A model generated the notes under the pieces. The model was not told the origin of the DNA and did not search any database. It worked only from the letters and a program-made list of their open reading frames with translations. A DNA stretch of 63,993 bases, the filler included, from Diploschistes diacapsis (lineage: Eukaryota): NCBI GenBank assembly GCA_023645945.1. It is 6 parts of 6 records of this genome, joined end to end, with 100 filler letters (N's around TTAATTAATTAA, not from the genome) between each part and the next. Parts side by side here need not be neighbours in the genome. Positions count along the whole stretch, not along the records: positions 54,125 to 63,993 come from JALAIB010000987.1; 5 more parts are not named here. One strand, written 5' to 3'. A program made the translations under genes and the position numbers. How positions within the stretch are numbered: position 1 is the first letter of the stretch; every line of letters starts with the position of its first letter. Below are positions 60,582 to 63,993 of the stretch, piece after piece.

Positions 60582-62204
60582 TTATAGATCACCCCAAACA
60601 CCAACTCCAGCGAATATCGCACTCCCTGTGCCGAGACTTTCGCCTAAATCCCAATAGTTTCTACTATCTTCATCGCTTGTCGCAAGTCGACTTCGCTTGG
60701 TGCTCCATGAAGCACAACTGTTATTAGCTCGCTTGAGGCTCGCATTAAAAGCAACCGTTTTTGACAACTTGGAGATCGAGCGCATGTTGAGATCGTTATT
60801 TGCTTTGGACTTGTCTGGTCTGAGGCTGGAGGCCAAAGGATGGTGCTTCTGAACAATAGCGGCCCGACGTAGAGCCTCCGGACTTTGAGAAATTGCAAGA
60901 TCGGTCTTGCGCTCTTCAGTCGTATCTGGAGTCACTGTAAGAAGCTGGCCGCACAGAAATCGAAAAACAGTACGCAGGCCTGTAACCTGAGCCAAGTATT
61001 CGGTTCCAGCAGCGAAGCGACCGTGGCTTCCGTCACTTGAGTCAAGAACCTTCTCCGTATCTAAGCCAAGGTTGCCCGATTTTGCATACATGGTACGTAA
61101 CGTCGGGGAAATTTTTAATATTTCAGTTGTTTCATCGGAACTGGCTGCCTTCCTGTTTCGACATCCGTTAGCCAGCCATTCAATTGGCATCCCTGCATAG
61201 TCTAGCTTTGGGGGTTCGAATTCCGAATTGGAAACTGGCGAGAACTGCAACGCAAACTTGCGAATTTCCTGCGTCAGCCGCCATAGCAGCCTGGTTCTCC
61301 AATTTAATTCTGTCTCAGAAGGCGTCTTGCAGGAATTCGACGTCGAAGTATAAGGCCCTTTCCCTTCCGCAACAATGTTCTCGCCGAAGATGATACAAAG
61401 TGTTGCATCGTCCGTGCCCATCAAGTCTGTAACAATACGGTGCGCAAAACGCTGCCACATGGCATCGCCTAGAGATTCCTGGAATGATGCTGAAGACAGG
61501 CAACCTTTCTCGGGAGCATCACGCTTTGGTTTGTCTTTTTGATGCTGCTGCTTTTGTCCCAGATTGCACTTCCTGTCCGCAGTCTCTTGAAGCAGGTGCT
61601 TCGAGTGTTCGAGCCTCCATTGCTCGATCCTCGCAATTCTTATGTCGTCCAGGCAGGATGAATTGCCTAACTTACCTACAGCAACGGACTCGAGAGGGGG
61701 TTGTCCAGACCTGGTCCCAGTGATAAGTCCAGGCTCAAGCTGCCGGGTTCGACTACTTGGACTTCGCGCCCGGTTATTCGGAGGAGTACGTGAAGGGGGA
61801 AATGTACCCAGGCCATCGTGGGCGGGCAGTATTGCATGAAGATTTTGATCCGAGCGCTGATGTGCGCGCTGAGAAGCGGGATCCCGAAAGGCGTAAAGGC
61901 CTTCGTCAAGACTGTCCAGCTCGTCCACAGCATCTGCGATTGCCACAGATAAATCGCCTTCATCTGATTCAGAATGGGGGACAGTGTTGAGTGATCCAAA
62001 GTCGCTCAAAAATGGAGGCCCAGGCTGTTGGTGCGAAAGCCAGCGGGGCACAGGGGAGAAACATCTAGGTGAAGAGAGTAGAGAAGCTGCTTTCTCATCG
62101 ATAAGCCTGCCTGTAGGCCCGGGCGTTGACTGTGGGAGATGATGATTGTCACGCTGTATCAGCGCACGCTTTGAGGGCGCGCATATAGACTGCCTGAATG
62201 CCAT
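60582..62204 (-). CDS. Conserved hypothetical fungal protein
   Basis: ~540-aa uninterrupted ORF with RIEQWRLEHS, WQRFAHRIVTDLMG..D..L.IIFGE and C-terminal NYWD...GVWGDL. Confidence 0.75.
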   Translation of the reverse strand: MAFRQSICAPSKRALIQRDNHHLPQSTPGPTGRLIDEKAASLLSSPRCFSPVPRWLSHQQPGPPFLSDFGSLNTVPHSESDEGDLSVAIADAVDELDSLDEGLYAFRDPASQRAHQRSDQNLHAILPAHDGLGTFPPSRTPPNNRARSPSSRTRQLEPGLITGTRSGQPPLESVAVGKLGNSSCLDDIRIARIEQWRLEHSKHLLQETADRKCNLGQKQQHQKDKPKRDAPEKGCLSSASFQESLGDAMWQRFAHRIVTDLMGTDDATLCIIFGENIVAEGKGPYTSTSNSCKTPSETELNWRTRLLWRLTQEIRKFALQFSPVSNSEFEPPKLDYAGMPIEWLANGCRNRKAASSDETTEILKISPTLRTMYAKSGNLGLDTEKVLDSSDGSHGRFAAGTEYLAQVTGLRTVFRFLCGQLLTVTPDTTEERKTDLAISQSPEALRRAAIVQKHHPLASSLRPDKSKANNDLNMRSISKLSKTVAFNASLKRANNSCASWSTKRSRLATSDEDSRNYWDLGESLGTGSAIFAGVGVWGDL

Positions 62205-62764
62205 TCTTTGCGGCAAGATGACTGTAGTAGAGGCACGAGTGAAGTCAAGTTAGCTGACGCATGGTTTGCTCTGTGGATACAGGAAATCTAACTTCGTAGA
62301 CAAGGTTAATCATCAGCGGATGACCGATTTGCAAAGGCTTTGTGCTTTAGATGTACTTGCTGGCTGTGGCTAATGTAAGTAGCCAGATAGGTGTCTAGAT
62401 GCGATGGTCTACGAGGCTTGGTGACCACCCAAAGCTTGGTCATGTCTGCTGCAAAAGTTAGTAAATGGGTATGGTTTAGCCCGGCCGTGTTGCGACTAGT
62501 AAACGAGCGGCCTCTAATAACCGAACAGCCATAAACACTTTTTATACTTAAAATGCCTTTCCTTTCCTTATAGATTATGAGCTGCGTTATGATTTTCCGC
62601 TGAACCAAACCTAAATACATTCATTAACAAAAAATGCTTTCATCCACGGGATAACCGGATCTTTCATGAAATCGCTCGCTGCAACGACGTCTCTCTTTCC
62701 TCCTTTCACGATAAGCTTGCTGGCCGCCCTAAAAAAACTTCTAATCAGGAATCTTAACGTATTC

Positions 62765-62901
62765 CACAAGTCATCCGCCCACTTTGTACCTCTCATACAA
62801 AAATACATGTGATGGTACTTAATTGTCGCTCTCCACGTGATTATCACGTACCGTCACATGTATTTTTGTATGAGAGGTACAAAGTGGGCGGATGACTTGT
62901 G
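62765..62901. repeat. 54-bp inverted repeat with a 29-nt spacer, probably two back-to-back transposon TIRs
   Basis: 62765-62818 is the reverse complement of 62848-62901 with one mismatch. Similarity extends to 62752/62931 across a 17-bp tandem duplication. Confidence 0.9.
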
Positions 62902-63433
62902 TGGGCGGATGACTTGTTGAATGCGTTAAGAGTTTTAAATTATTAAGCAAAGGGATATTCTAATAAAACATGTAAAACCGTTTATAAATCGAAAACTAAT
63001 TTTTTCTTGCAATATTCAAAAGTTTAGCGTAGGCTGGCCGTTACTGACACGAATACAGCGGTGTTTATTGTTGAAAGTGGTGGAAGTTCCTAATAAACAA
63101 ATGACTAAGCGTGTATTCTGTAGCTAATCCTAACTAGAAAATAATCCCTAGCCTGTCTAGCCTGGTAGCTGACTATTGTTCAGTAATAATATACTGAAGA
63201 GGTTAAAGGTTATATCTATAAAAATTGGAGGGTGATGTTACGATCCAGGTATCTGACCTGTCCCATCCCAGCCACTCACTTAAGAACCTCGCATGGGCGC
63301 TAATCACGTGAATAATTAAAAAAAGCGGCGCCGCTCCATATAACTTCTTAAAAGCAATAAACAGCGCTCTTTTTATTTTATAAAAATTATCGTTACCGTT
63401 TCTTTCGTTCTTTAAGAATTAAAGAAATAGATA

Positions 63434-63993
63434 ACGTGTTTGACGGGGATTCTGGCCACCCCCAGATTCCGGCCACTTTTGCCAAGAAATAGTTTAAATC
63501 TCAATAATTCTTCGAAATTAATCGTAATTTTATTTTATTTTCAAAATATTACTTTTTAGTCAATTATCTATCATATGTAAAAAGTGCACATTGATAACGT
63601 CATCAGTTAACATTTTTAAGCGAATTAAGAATGAAGATTCGAAAAAACGGATTTGTGAATCTTTTAAAATCTGCTTTAACCAAGCAAAAGATATTTTATT
63701 TAACTGATCTATTATGAGAGTTATTATGCGTAGGTTTCATTAAAACTATAAGAACAACAATTTTTCCACGTTATACAGTCGTTGTGTGGCTTTATTCTTC
63801 AAAATCCGAAAGATTTTAAATAATTTGGCCATAGAACGGCTAGTTTTCGCTTAATCTAAATTTTCTAAAATGACGGAAAAATGATGAACAAGGTCACACA
63901 ACAACAGTATAACGTCAAAACAATGGTTTTTTAATATTTTAATGAAATCTAAGCATAGAACCACTTATACTAGTTTATTTAAATAAAATTATT
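63434..63993 (+). mobile_element. Left end of a degenerate Fot1/pogo transposon
   Basis: TA plus the 43-bp TIR ACGTGTTTGACGGGGATTCTGGCCACCCCCAGATTCCGGCCAC, followed by stop-riddled transposase-like sequence (GFILQNPKDFK*FGHR). Confidence 0.8.

Overview
Nuclear DNA of a filamentous ascomycete (short GT-AG introns with CTRAC branch points, RIP signatures). The window is not one locus. It is six unrelated ~10.7 kb contigs joined by artificial 100-nt linkers (44N-TTAATTAATTAA-44N) and ordered by length, so gene order across linkers means nothing. Contig 1 (1-10747): an orphan tRNA-Leu-like 3' half ending in CCA, a 23-aa metallothionein absent from the ORF track, a PEX30/PEX23-like peroxin, PAM16 and ~6 kb of microsatellite-rich non-coding DNA. 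Contig 2 (10848-21578): a Fot1/pogo end followed by a RIP-destroyed secondary-metabolite cluster (SDR, Zn2Cys6 regulator, P450, HR-type PKS). Contig 3 (21679-32404): Tc1 relic, MRP49, COX12 (3-nt micro-exon, GC-AG intron) head-to-head with an NDUFA4/MLRQ-like small gene, an RRM protein, SEC31 and SDE2. Contig 4 (32505-43216): ZW10/DSL1-like, CYM1, taxilin and a partial nitronate monooxygenase. Contig 5 (43317-54024): a decaying accessory block (frameshifted secreted pro-peptide, frameshifted membrane protein, Harbinger MITE, glucosamine-6-P deaminase, lectin-like pseudogene, AlaX with an altered Zn motif) plus partial AAR2. Contig 6 (54125-63993): hAT-like end, SUB1/PC4, OXP1, a conserved hypothetical protein, a 54-bp inverted repeat and a pogo left end. 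All calls come from reading and translating the sequence by eye; no searches were run.
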